This document shows, one piece after another, positions 1 to 9,642 of a DNA stretch of 64,000 nt. A program made the translations under genes and the position numbers. The notes beneath the pieces are model-generated. The model worked only from the letters and a program-made list of their open reading frames with translations, made no database searches and was not told the DNA's origin. Position 1 is the first letter of the stretch. Every line of letters begins with the position of its first letter. The stretch is from Nitrosopumilus sp. (GTDB taxonomy: Archaea > Thermoproteota > Nitrososphaeria > Nitrososphaerales > Nitrosopumilaceae): contig CBDBLX010000002.1 of assembly GCA_965207445.1 (NCBI GenBank), positions 1,783,849 to 1,847,848 on the forward strand, read 5' to 3'.

Positions 1-99
1 CTCCTTATAACCATGTTGTCTGTATATTTAATATCGTGCTCGAGGGTTGAAACAAACGTGCCTATTTATGATCATCAATAATTAGACCTGAACGCTTAC
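1..99 (-). mobile_element. Left end of an IS66-family element (rest lies before the window)
   Basis: 57-99 is the exact reverse complement of 38363-38405 (GTAAGCGTTCAGGTCTAATTATTGATGATCATAAATAGGCACG); 1-40 also resembles the reverse complement of 38429-38466. Confidence 0.85.
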
Positions 100-231
100 A
101 TATATACAATTAAAATATAATATATACAATTAAATATTATAATATGAATTTAAAAAATAAATATTAGTTAATCTTTGATGTTGGCAGTACAACTAGTTGT
201 AAAAACAAAAAAAAAGTTTGAGTACAACAGA

Positions 232-651
232 TCAAAGTTTGTCGCACAATTTTGAGCATAAAACAGTAGCATCAGAATCAGACATCTTTGTTGCAGGGTT
301 TGAGAAGAGTGCATGTATGGCTCCAGCAGAATCAGTACTAGTGCGTGGAACAATGTGGACATGTAAATGAGGCACCTCTTGTCCTGCATCTTTTCCATTA
401 TGTATTGCAATCAAACTAGAACCAGTCATAGTAAAGTCAATTCGTGAGGTCATCTTTTGTACCATCGCAAACAAGTCTGCATTCTCATCAGATGTCATAT
501 CTTGTATTTTTTGACAGTGACGTTTTGGCATCACGAGTGTATGGCCTGCGGCAAGAGGAAATGCATCAAGTATTGCAATAGAATATGTTGATTCTGATAG
601 TCTTTTTGAAGGAATTTCACCGGATATAATCTTGCAAAAGATACAATCCAT
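232..651 (-). CDS. HIT family (histidine triad) nucleotide hydrolase
   Basis: MDCIFCKII start (ATG at 651), GHTLVMPKRH, AGQEVPHLHVHIVPR histidine triad. Confidence 0.92.
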   Translation of the reverse strand: MDCIFCKIISGEIPSKRLSESTYSIAILDAFPLAAGHTLVMPKRHCQKIQDMTSDENADLFAMVQKMTSRIDFTMTGSSLIAIHNGKDAGQEVPHLHVHIVPRTSTDSAGAIHALFSNPATKMSDSDATVLCSKLCDKL

Positions 652-738
652 AATAATAGCAAAATACACACAGTATAAAGTCATTGATGTAAAGTCTACT
701 ATAATTTTCAAAACAAACAACGTGTACTCTACATTTAT

Positions 739-784
739 TCAATGTGTACTCAATGTGTACTCAATGTGTACTCAATGTGTACTC
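739..784. repeat. 11-bp tandem repeat (TCAATGTGTAC) x4
   Basis: Directly visible in sequence. Confidence 0.9.
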
Positions 785-813
785 TACATCATCTTGAGAT
801 AATTGTGTATTTT

Positions 814-890
814 GTAACTGTTCACCCGCCCAAATTTAGATACAGATTCATAACTCAATGTTTGGTGCAGCATAGAGGTTGAGCGGCTAC
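814..890 (+). mobile_element. ~80-bp MITE, degenerate copy (GTAAC...GCTAC family)
   Basis: GTAACTGTTCA...CCAAATTTAGATACAGATTCAT...TGAGCGGCTAC aligns with copies at 24919 and 25079. Confidence 0.7.
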
Positions 891-954
891 GTACATTTTG
901 AGCAAAATGTTGATTAGAAATTAGCTTAAATCAGATGTCAACTCACATAATACA

Positions 955-1311
955 ATGCAATGGATTCATTTCCTTAAAGCGTCATGCAAAGACTTGGATT
1001 CTGATGCACCAAAGCTAAGAGACATATTAGATGACATGAAACGATTTACTCACTATACAAAAAAAGGATACAAGTTTGATGCACAGGCTCAATTTGCAAT
1101 GGGGTGGTGGTTTTTTACAATACATGTTCAAAAAGAGTTCATCGTAAATGTAGTAGAGTATATGCATGCAAAAAATCCAAAGATAAAAAATGAACATACA
1201 TTATTAGATTATATACAAGATAGATTAAAGGAGAGAAAAAGTACCATGAAACTCAAATTTCATAGCAACAGATCGATCTTTGCGCAATACTGGACTTGGT
1301 TGATGCGATAA
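955..1311 (+). CDS. Hypothetical protein, 118 aa
   Basis: Clean ATG-started ORF with host-like composition; no motif recognised. Confidence 0.7.
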   Translation: MQWIHFLKASCKDLDSDAPKLRDILDDMKRFTHYTKKGYKFDAQAQFAMGWWFFTIHVQKEFIVNVVEYMHAKNPKIKNEHTLLDYIQDRLKERKSTMKLKFHSNRSIFAQYWTWLMR

Positions 1312-1443
1312 AGTATCAAACACATGATTGCTAAAAATGCCAAAAGCCAAATATGTTTTGATAGTGAGACGTACACCACTATTGCACTTTTAATTAATTA
1401 TATACCAAAGTTTGCATATCAATCCCAATTAAAAAAGAGATGC

Positions 1444-1611
1444 TCACCACATGCCACCATCACCTGCACCAGGATCAAGTTTTTTGGCAGGTACGTTTCC
1501 ATGTGCTTTTTTCATGTGTCGTTTGAGGCGCTCTGGTGCATGTAGTTCAGTTCCGCACACACTACATTTTGTCTGCTCTTCATTGTGTTTGCCTCGTTTA
1601 AACAAACCCAT
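1444..1611 (-). CDS. Small C2H2 zinc-finger protein
   Basis: CSVC-x12-HMKKAH motif; likely start MGLFKR at 1611. Confidence 0.75.
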   Translation of the reverse strand: MGLFKRGKHNEEQTKCSVCGTELHAPERLKRHMKKAHGNVPAKKLDPGAGDGGMW

Positions 1612-1665
1612 AGATAATACATATGTCAAATATTTTATAAAGGATACGTAGCAGATACCATCAAG

Positions 1666-2808
1666 TTGCAAAATATTACGATACTAGGCTCAGGTGTAAT
1701 GGGACATGGTATTGCACAAGTTGCCGCATCAGCAGGGTACGATATAGTATTACGAGATATTGAACAAAAGTTTCTTGATAAAGCAATGCAAAAGATCCAA
1801 TGGAGTCTACAAAAGATGGCAACAAAGGGAAAAATTACAAAGCAACAAGCAGATGATACGCTAGCAAGAATAAAACCAATAGTAGACTTGGCAGAGGCGG
1901 TAAAAGAAGCTCAAATGGTAATAGAAGTAGTGCCAGAGATAATGGAGTTAAAGAAAAAAGTCTATGCTGAACTAGATGCAGCCGTTACAAATGATAATAT
2001 CATATTTGCATCAAACACAAGTACATTGCCAATAACAGAGATTGCAAGCACAACTAGCAGACCAGACAAGTTCATTGGAATTCATTTCTTTAATCCTCCA
2101 CAGTTGATGCGGCTAGTAGAGATAATCCCTGGTAAAGAGACATCACAAGAGTCAATACAGATCACACAAGAATTTGTAAATTCAGTTAAAAAAGAGGCAG
2201 TCATGTGTAGAAAAGACGTACCAGGATTCATAATAAACAGATTGTTCATACCTATGGTACATGAAGCATGTTATGTTATGGACAGAACAAATGCTACCAA
2301 AGAAGAGGTAGATTCTACAGTAAAATTCAAGATGGGCTTTCCAATGGGAATATTTGAACTTGCAGACTTTACAGGCATGGATGTCATACACAAAGCAACA
2401 ACTGAAATGCACATGCGCGACAAAAAAGTGATTAGACCACACCCACATATACAAGAATTATTTGATGCAGGTAAATTGGGCCAAAAGTCAGGTGAGGGTT
2501 TTTACAGATATTCAGATGACAAATACGAGAGAGTTAGTCTCTCAGAGGAGATTGCAAACAGATGCAATCCCATTGGGTTGGTGGCAAATATACTAAACAA
2601 TGCAGCATGGCTTGTCACAAATGGAGCTAGTGATGAATCAGAGATTGAAAAGGCAGCAGTACTCGGACTAGGACTCAAAAAACCAATCTTTGAGACGGCC
2701 AAAGATATTGGAGTTCAAAGTATAGTAAACGAACTAGAAGGATTAGAATCAAGATACGGGGAATTTTACAAACCAGATCCATTATTGTATAAAATGAGAA
2801 CAGATTAA
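1666..2808 (+). CDS. 3-hydroxyacyl-CoA (3-hydroxybutyryl-CoA) dehydrogenase
   Basis: GSGVMG Rossmann motif, ASNTSTL, GIHFFNPP, PGFIINR, GQKSGEGFY; duplicated C-terminal domain. Confidence 0.93.
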   Translation: MQNITILGSGVMGHGIAQVAASAGYDIVLRDIEQKFLDKAMQKIQWSLQKMATKGKITKQQADDTLARIKPIVDLAEAVKEAQMVIEVVPEIMELKKKVYAELDAAVTNDNIIFASNTSTLPITEIASTTSRPDKFIGIHFFNPPQLMRLVEIIPGKETSQESIQITQEFVNSVKKEAVMCRKDVPGFIINRLFIPMVHEACYVMDRTNATKEEVDSTVKFKMGFPMGIFELADFTGMDVIHKATTEMHMRDKKVIRPHPHIQELFDAGKLGQKSGEGFYRYSDDKYERVSLSEEIANRCNPIGLVANILNNAAWLVTNGASDESEIEKAAVLGLGLKKPIFETAKDIGVQSIVNELEGLESRYGEFYKPDPLLYKMRTD

Positions 2809-2909
2809 TCGTGCTATTATGATGTCTGTATGTCAAAACATAAAAAATAACAAATCAGATATTGAATATTTCCAATTTTTGACTAGCTCAGTATTAAAAT
2901 AAGAAATAA

Positions 2910-3422
2910 CTATTTTGCAACCAACTCTAAAATTGTGTCTACTGCTTCCTGAGCAGTATCCACTCCAACAATTTTGATGTTTTTTCTATGATCTAAATAG
3001 TTGTCAATGTATAATGCAACAGAGCCACCAAGATTCCTTATTGCGACCATGGGTTTTTTGTGCATGTATGCAGCACAAACTTCAGACAGTGTACCAGATC
3101 CACCACCAACAATAATAATTCCATCTGCGCTCAGTGCATTTAAAAAATCTCGAGTGAGTCCCATTCCAGTCGGAATTACTATATCACAATACTGATTTGC
3201 ATGAATTGGACTATCTTGGGGTATTATTCCAACACATAACCCGCCCGCATCATGTGCACCTTTTGAGGCAGACTCCATTATACCACCCATTCCACCAGTT
3301 ATCAAGACAGATTTAGAGGCCGCTATTGCAGTACCTACATCATACGCTACACGCTTGTGCAATGTGGTACACCCGTTATCATTGTGGCCGATTACTAAAA
3401 TTTGTAGTTTCTTTGATGACAC
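2910..3422 (-). CDS. TIGR00725/LOG-like Rossmann-fold protein
   Basis: ITGGMGGIME, TGMGLTR, GGGSGTLSE motifs. Confidence 0.85.
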   Translation of the reverse strand: MSSKKLQILVIGHNDNGCTTLHKRVAYDVGTAIAASKSVLITGGMGGIMESASKGAHDAGGLCVGIIPQDSPIHANQYCDIVIPTGMGLTRDFLNALSADGIIIVGGGSGTLSEVCAAYMHKKPMVAIRNLGGSVALYIDNYLDHRKNIKIVGVDTAQEAVDTILELVAK

Positions 3423-3482
3423 AGATACAAGTGTGTATTGCTAAAATATTATTATTCCCATCATGACGATTAAAGTTGAATA

Positions 3483-4549
3483 TTATCGGCATGTTTTGTT
3501 TGTGTGTGTTTGTGCGTTGTTGTTATCATTGTTGTTATTGTTATCATTGTTGTTATTGTTATCATTTGTATCTGTATTTGTACCCTGAACAGGAATTTGG
3601 TTGTTGTCATCTTGTTCTGATATCTTTAGTATACCCTCAAAACATGCAATCTCAGTTCCATTTGTAAATAATACAGAGCATTTTGTACCATCTGTTTGTA
3701 TATTGATGTTCCCATTTACACCTGTTTGTAGTTGTGATATACCACTTACTGCATATCTGTTAATTACATTATCATGTGGGTGGCCATGTCTATTTTTACC
3801 ATCATCACGGTTCGTGCTTACATCTGCTGAATGTATCACAAGTTCAGGTGACGTTGCAACTATGAATTCTGGTGTGCTAGATGTATCTCCACCATGATGA
3901 GGAGCATTCATTATATCTATATCCAATTTATCACTTGCCGTATTGGCAATTAACCACTGCTCAGTCGGTACAGTTGCATCAGCAGTGAATAAGAATTCAA
4001 GTTCATCATATTCTAATAATGTTATAATTGAGTTTGCATTATCAGTATCAAATTGCTGTGGTTGGTTTGGACTTAGTATCTCGAGTGTTATTTCTCCAAA
4101 TGTTTTTGTGTGTCCGGTCTTTGGGTATAATATTAGCCCATCAGCATTAATGTAAAAGTTCCTTACTGTTGCAGTATTGTTAGCTATCGGTTCGCTAAAC
4201 CATATTTCATTTATAGTATAATCCACATCTTGAGTAGATGATTGAATCCTCCAAGGTGATCTGAGTCTTTGTGGGTAGCTATTGCCAGATGTATCGTAGT
4301 TATGTTATTTTGCTCTAAAACACTTTTGAGTTCTTGATATCTAGAGTTGAATCTATCTCCTGCATCTATTAGGATATTTGTGCCATCAGGTAATTGTATC
4401 AGCGTTGAATCGCCAGATCCTCCAAATTGCACATATGTTATACTTAGTAAGTTATCAGTAGACATTTGTGCATTTACAGTACCAAAAGTCATCAAAGCTG
4501 TAAAAGCTGCGAGTCCTGTTATGATTGCTAGGTGTTGTTTGAAATTCAC
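3483..4549 (-). pseudogene. Secreted ComEC/Rec2-like metallo-beta-lactamase-fold hydrolase, split by a frameshift
   Basis: Signal peptide, GDSTLI, LIDAG and THKDSDHLGG in 4211-4549; FTADA, PHHGG and HGHPH in 3483-4226; ORFs overlap in different frames near 4230. Confidence 0.8.
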
Positions 4550-4790
4550 ATTGATACGTGTGATGAGGATTATTTAAAAATTGATGGATAAAAAATACGA
4601 GTGTTGTCAAGTAGGTTGTGCTTTGGCAAATCTGATAGTGTATAAATCAGGATATTCCATCAAACCATATCATCACACACAAATGGTAAAATTGCGTGAA
4701 CCAAGATCATTGGACACAATAATGAAATACATATTTGTATTTGATTATATTCCTGTCCGTATATCGAGTATCGTTCATGTGATACATTTG

Positions 4791-4828
4791 GCTAGGAGTT
4801 ATTTTTAAATGATTATATCAATCATGGA
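4791..4828 (+). repeat. 38-bp dispersed repeat, copy 1 (copy 2 at 34043-34080)
   Basis: GCTAGGAGTTATTTTTAAATGAT(T/C)ATATCAATCATGGA, one mismatch. Confidence 0.85.
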
Positions 4829-4866
4829 GATTGGTTCACACGTAAAATTCACAGGTGAATACAAGT

Positions 4867-5197
4867 CAGTAGTTCACAATGTGCCAATTTTTAATGATCT
4901 TATTTTTAATTATACAGTGTGGCAGATTTATGATGGCAAGTAACTACCATGTTTTAATTCCCATCAAAGCAATCTTCTGATCAATCCGACAATTGAATCC
5001 ATAAATCATCCATTGTGAATAATTTTCCACCTACAAGTCCGTCGTAATTTTCGTACCTTGCCATTGTTTACAAGCCATACAACAACATTTCAAAAAAATA
5101 TCAACAGTAATTAGACTTGCAAGGCGTTGTTAGTTGTTTTTGGAGTCATGTTTTTTATCACTAATCCAGTCTCTATTATCCAGCGCTTGCGATAAGT
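4867..5197 (-). mobile_element. Truncated ISH3-family IS (right end plus transposase 3' fragment)
   Basis: Begins CAGTAGTTCACAATGTG; colinear with 61532-61866 and with the reverse complement of ~9222-9555. Confidence 0.88.
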
Positions 5198-5262
5198 TGG
5201 GAATTACACACACTAGTTCACTTTGACCAGATGTGGGCAGTTAATTCGCCTCCGAGCTGCTG

Positions 5263-8088
5263 CTATTCGCGCGCCGCTAGCGCGTCTGCAATCTGTGGCC
5301 ATAGTGGGCTGCTGTACTTTTCGGCGTTAGTGCGGGCCTCTGCTGCGGTCATCGGGTTGTCGTGGGTAATCTCACCAAAGGCAGCTAGGACGCGGTTCCA
5401 GCGGTCCACGTGCGCATCGCCGTGCTGTGTCTGAGCCGCCTGCGCCCTTACCTTGGAGACGAGCTCCGGGTCTATGGCGGGCGGCGCGTCTGGCTCAGTC
5501 GGTACATCTGGTGGCGTCTGCGGCCCGTCTTGTTCTGCTGCCGCCTCTAGTAATGTCAGCACGTCTGCAATCAGGGGCCACAGTGGGCTGCTGTACTTTT
5601 TGGCGTTGTCGCGGGCCTCTGCTGCAGTCGTCGGGTTGTCGTGCGTGATGTACCCAAACGCGGCCAGTACGCGGCTCCACCTCTCCACGTGCGCATCACC
5701 GTGCTGCGTCTGGTTGGCCATCACAGTCACGTTGGCGACCAGCGCTGGGTCTATGGCGACTGCCGTCAGATTCTGAGCCTGGGCGAGCTTGTTGTACACG
5801 GGCGGTGGCTGCATCAGGCTTGACGTCGTCCCGGTGTCCTGGACGTCCACAGTCCAGCTTGCAAATTGTCCCAGCGTGTAGCCGGCGCCTGGGTTTATCG
5901 TGAGTGTAACATTGTTGACGTCTATGACGCCGTCATCTATGGTCGGGACCTCCAGCGTATACGAGCCGATCGGCGGAATCTCCACGATGCGCCAGCCCGC
6001 ATCAGAGGCGTTCAGAATCCCGCCGGCGCCCGAAAGGGTGACGTTGACTGGCAAAGGCGACAGGGGTGCGGGGGACGCGTTGATGCCAAAGGAGACGTGG
6101 TCACCCTCTGAACCACCGCCTGATATACCAATTGATACCTCGGGTGGTGGTGGTGGGGAGTTATTGACATGGGGGCTGTCTGCCACTGAGATCGTCACGG
6201 TGTTTGCAGAGCCGACCTGGTAGCCGGCCCTTGAATGTAACGTAATTTTGATGGTGCCGGCAGGGTTGTTGTCGTTGCCGTTGCTCTTTGTGACGATGCC
6301 GCCGCCGGGATTTTGATTTTTGCCCTGTGCAATCAGTACGTCATTGTTAAAGGAACTAGAAAATGAATTATCACTCGAAACGGCTCCGGTGATAGACAGG
6401 CTTACTCTAGGATAGATGTCAGAACAAGCCAAGTACTCTGATTTGACCAGTCCAGCAAGGTTGACCGTGTCGCCCTCTGTCACCGTGTCCGGAATGACAC
6501 TTTTATCAAGCCAGAAGACGGGGCCGTCAGGGTGCGGTTTGTGTTCAATCAGCGTCATCCTCTGCCAGTTCTCATCGCCGTCTCGTATCTGGTAGTCTTT
6601 ACTGGGTTTTAGTCTAAACTCTATCCAATTCTGACCAGAGGGGTTGCAATCCCTTACCGTCTCAGACTGAAAGTAGTCGACTCTGCCGTGCACACCAAAT
6701 ATGTGCATCATATTGTTGGACGCTTCAAGTATATGGCCACTGTCTCTAGTCTCGAACATTACTGGCAGCGCAGTGCCTGAGATGTGCGGCGGGTCCACGT
6801 GTATGGGTATCGACACCTTGCGGCCCTCAAAATAAGAGCCAGATGTGTCCAGTGTGACGCACGGTTTGTCTGTGGTGCAGGGAGGAGGAGGCGGTGGAGG
6901 TGGAGGCGGGTTGGGGTCCGGGTCGTTGTCTCGAATGGTAAATGTGACAGTCGACGGCTCACCTACGATGTAACCATCCCCGGGAAGCAGAGTGTACGTT
7001 ATAGTGCCGTCTGGTTCATGGACATTGTCATCATCTGTGACAAGTATCATTCTATTAGCTTGTACATCACCGGCGTTAATTGGATTTTCAAAAATAACGT
7101 TAGGTCCTACAGGCCTATACACAGGTATTAGAACGTCACCTAATTCAACAACAAAAGCTCTAACCGTTATATCAACGAGTGAGGGATTAGATAGATGTAT
7201 GTAAGTTCTAGTATTGCCACCCTCAGTCTGCTCCAGAGCCCGGGATGGAGATAGTGTAACAGTCGGTATGACATAAGCAGGCACATCCTCCGTGGTGACT
7301 CTGAATATTGGAGATATGCCATACGAGTATCTAGCGGCCTGCGTATACTTGCCGTGCTCGTTGCGGCTTTCACTTGACTCGCCAGGTGTGTCTCCTGCGT
7401 AAAAGTCATTATAGTTGTCAGCTATCTTGCTATTGCTACCAAGCCAGTATATCGGTACGTCTACTCCTTCTTGAGTGTAAGTGTTACTCCTGACGCTGTC
7501 GCGATCAGAGTGACCGAAATGCAGTACACGAAAGTACTCGGAGAACTCGCGCATCGCAGAGGGCTCTGAGTTTGCAACACTTACTGTCCGTTTATACACA
7601 TAATAACAATAATCACTGCTGTCTCCATTTATGTCAGTTCCCTCACCATTATTGTTCCTTTTAACAATATCCCAATAGACATCTGAGCCGACTGTCTGGC
7701 CATAATAACCATAACACTCAACATCAGGATCATCGGTTATATGATAGTACGTCGCCTTGCCGTACGTAAAGATGTTGGATGATTCAATCAGGTCCTGTAT
7801 CTTTGTATCCGTAAATGAATGGCCCTCGGATGGTGAGAACAGCAGTCTGAACGTGTCCCCGTCTGCCAGGCCATTGGGTGTATAATCCCAGTCAGCAGGC
7901 ACTGCAACTATTGTCTGGGCGTAGGCTTGCTGATCAGATGGTAAAAGTGAGATTGCTGTTACTGTTAGTATGGCTAGTATGATAGGTAATAAAACGCGAC
8001 GCTTGGTGTGTGATCTATTACTGCCTGCCTGCCTGCCCCCCCCCCCGAATGAGTGTGTACAGTTGAGTGGGTGGCGCGTAGTAATCAT
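5263..8088 (-). CDS. Large secreted/surface protein with Calx-beta-like repeats, poly-Pro linkers and a duplicated C-terminal domain
   Basis: Signal/TM segment ending AYA; DDDNVHEPDGTITYTLLPGDGYIVG-type repeats; two ~67-aa AIDP...HVxRWxRVLAAFG...SSPLWP copies; visibly GC-richer than flanks. Confidence 0.8.
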   Translation of the reverse strand: MITTRHPLNCTHSFGGGGRQAGSNRSHTKRRVLLPIILAILTVTAISLLPSDQQAYAQTIVAVPADWDYTPNGLADGDTFRLLFSPSEGHSFTDTKIQDLIESSNIFTYGKATYYHITDDPDVECYGYYGQTVGSDVYWDIVKRNNNGEGTDINGDSSDYCYYVYKRTVSVANSEPSAMREFSEYFRVLHFGHSDRDSVRSNTYTQEGVDVPIYWLGSNSKIADNYNDFYAGDTPGESSESRNEHGKYTQAARYSYGISPIFRVTTEDVPAYVIPTVTLSPSRALEQTEGGNTRTYIHLSNPSLVDITVRAFVVELGDVLIPVYRPVGPNVIFENPINAGDVQANRMILVTDDDNVHEPDGTITYTLLPGDGYIVGEPSTVTFTIRDNDPDPNPPPPPPPPPPCTTDKPCVTLDTSGSYFEGRKVSIPIHVDPPHISGTALPVMFETRDSGHILEASNNMMHIFGVHGRVDYFQSETVRDCNPSGQNWIEFRLKPSKDYQIRDGDENWQRMTLIEHKPHPDGPVFWLDKSVIPDTVTEGDTVNLAGLVKSEYLACSDIYPRVSLSITGAVSSDNSFSSSFNNDVLIAQGKNQNPGGGIVTKSNGNDNNPAGTIKITLHSRAGYQVGSANTVTISVADSPHVNNSPPPPPEVSIGISGGGSEGDHVSFGINASPAPLSPLPVNVTLSGAGGILNASDAGWRIVEIPPIGSYTLEVPTIDDGVIDVNNVTLTINPGAGYTLGQFASWTVDVQDTGTTSSLMQPPPVYNKLAQAQNLTAVAIDPALVANVTVMANQTQHGDAHVERWSRVLAAFGYITHDNPTTAAEARDNAKKYSSPLWPLIADVLTLLEAAAEQDGPQTPPDVPTEPDAPPAIDPELVSKVRAQAAQTQHGDAHVDRWNRVLAAFGEITHDNPMTAAEARTNAEKYSSPLWPQIADALAARE

Positions 8089-8164
8089 TATGTTATAGTT
8101 ACAAAGTACATATTATTAAAAGTATCGAATATATTAACGTGTTGTATAATTTAGTTAATCAAGT

Positions 8165-9555
8165 CAGTAGTTCGCAATGTGTTTTATATGATTTTATTTG
8201 AATAATCTACAATGTCGTTAAATGTTAATGATCATACTTGATCAGATCAAATAGAAAGTGTAATATATGGGAATATTCTAGTACCTCTGACTAAGTATGA
8301 AAAATGAGATACTAGAACATCAATATGAATTAGGACAAGTAAATTATAAAGTTTTACGAAAACGATTCAACGATCTCGGACTAGACATATCAACTAGATA
8401 TAACAGCAAATATGGTGCGGATGATTATCTTGGCACACTTGCCACCATGTCACTTGACAACATGTGCGTAAATGCAGCAACACACAAAAGAAAATGCAAT
8501 GAGGCTAACTATTTTAGAAAAGGCGAGCGCATAAACATACCATCTGAAAATACTGTGCTCAAGCCTAAAGAGTGCAGATCTAGAGAAAGTAAACCAATGG
8601 GGTGACAAGAACGTCAAAATAATGCTCAATAATGCCAGAAAACACAACATGCTCAAAAAAGGCATGGCACTATTGCAATTGATATGACCGGATGGGAATA
8701 TTATGGCAAGGCACTCAAACCTGAGATGCTAAAAACAAAGCCCAAAAATGGTACTGCGAGATTTCATTCATTTATGACAGCACAAATGGTAAATCAAGCC
8801 AGGTAACATACCTTTGTTTGCACATCGTGTGACCAGTAAGGATAAAATGGTCACAGTCATGCGTAAAATCATTGAAAAATTAATTCGAGAGGATACACGT
8901 CCGGAACTTGGACTCTTTGATCGAGGTTTTTACAATGTTGCATGCATAGATGAACTTTTGCGCTTGCGCCTGTCTTTTATAATGCCGGCAATTAAAAATA
9001 AGCGCATACAAAAATATATTTTAGAAGTTCACAACAAAAAGAGAAAAACTGCACCCGTCATTGAGATGCGTGATAAAAACAAAAAAAGTAGCAAGTTCAC
9101 ATTACTTGTCGTCAGAAAAAATAATGCCAAAAAAACTGATGAAACAGTCGATCAGTATGTAGCATTTACCACAAATATGAAAATCACTAACAAAAGCAAA
9201 CTCATCAAAACCATCCCAGAGACTTATCGCAAGCGCTGGATAATAGAGACAGGATTATAGTGATAAAAAACACGACTCCAAAGATAACTAGCAACGCCTT
9301 GCAGCTTTGATTACTGTTGATATTTTTTGGAATGTTATTATATGGTTTATGGGTAATGGAAGGGTACGAAAATTACGGCGGACTTGTAGATGAGAAATTA
9401 TTCACAATGAATGCGTTTGTAGATTCAATTGCCTGTTCAATCAGAAGACTGCTTCGGTGGGAATTGGAGCACGGTGGTTCCTTACCATTGTAAATCTGCC
9501 GCACTGCATAATTAGAAATAAGATCATTAAAAATTGAGCACATTGCGAACTACTG
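8165..9555 (+). mobile_element. ISH3-family insertion sequence with a frameshifted transposase
   Basis: TIR CAGTAGTTCGCAATGTG / CACATTGCGAACTACTG, AAGT on both flanks; IAIDMT, LFDRGFY, YRKRWIIET motifs spread over several frames. Confidence 0.88.
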
Positions 9556-9642
9556 AAGTAACCATCATTAGCATCAACATTGTACCATCATTAACATCAC
9601 AATTAGCATCATAGCCACCAAAATCAAACTACAAGATGTAAT

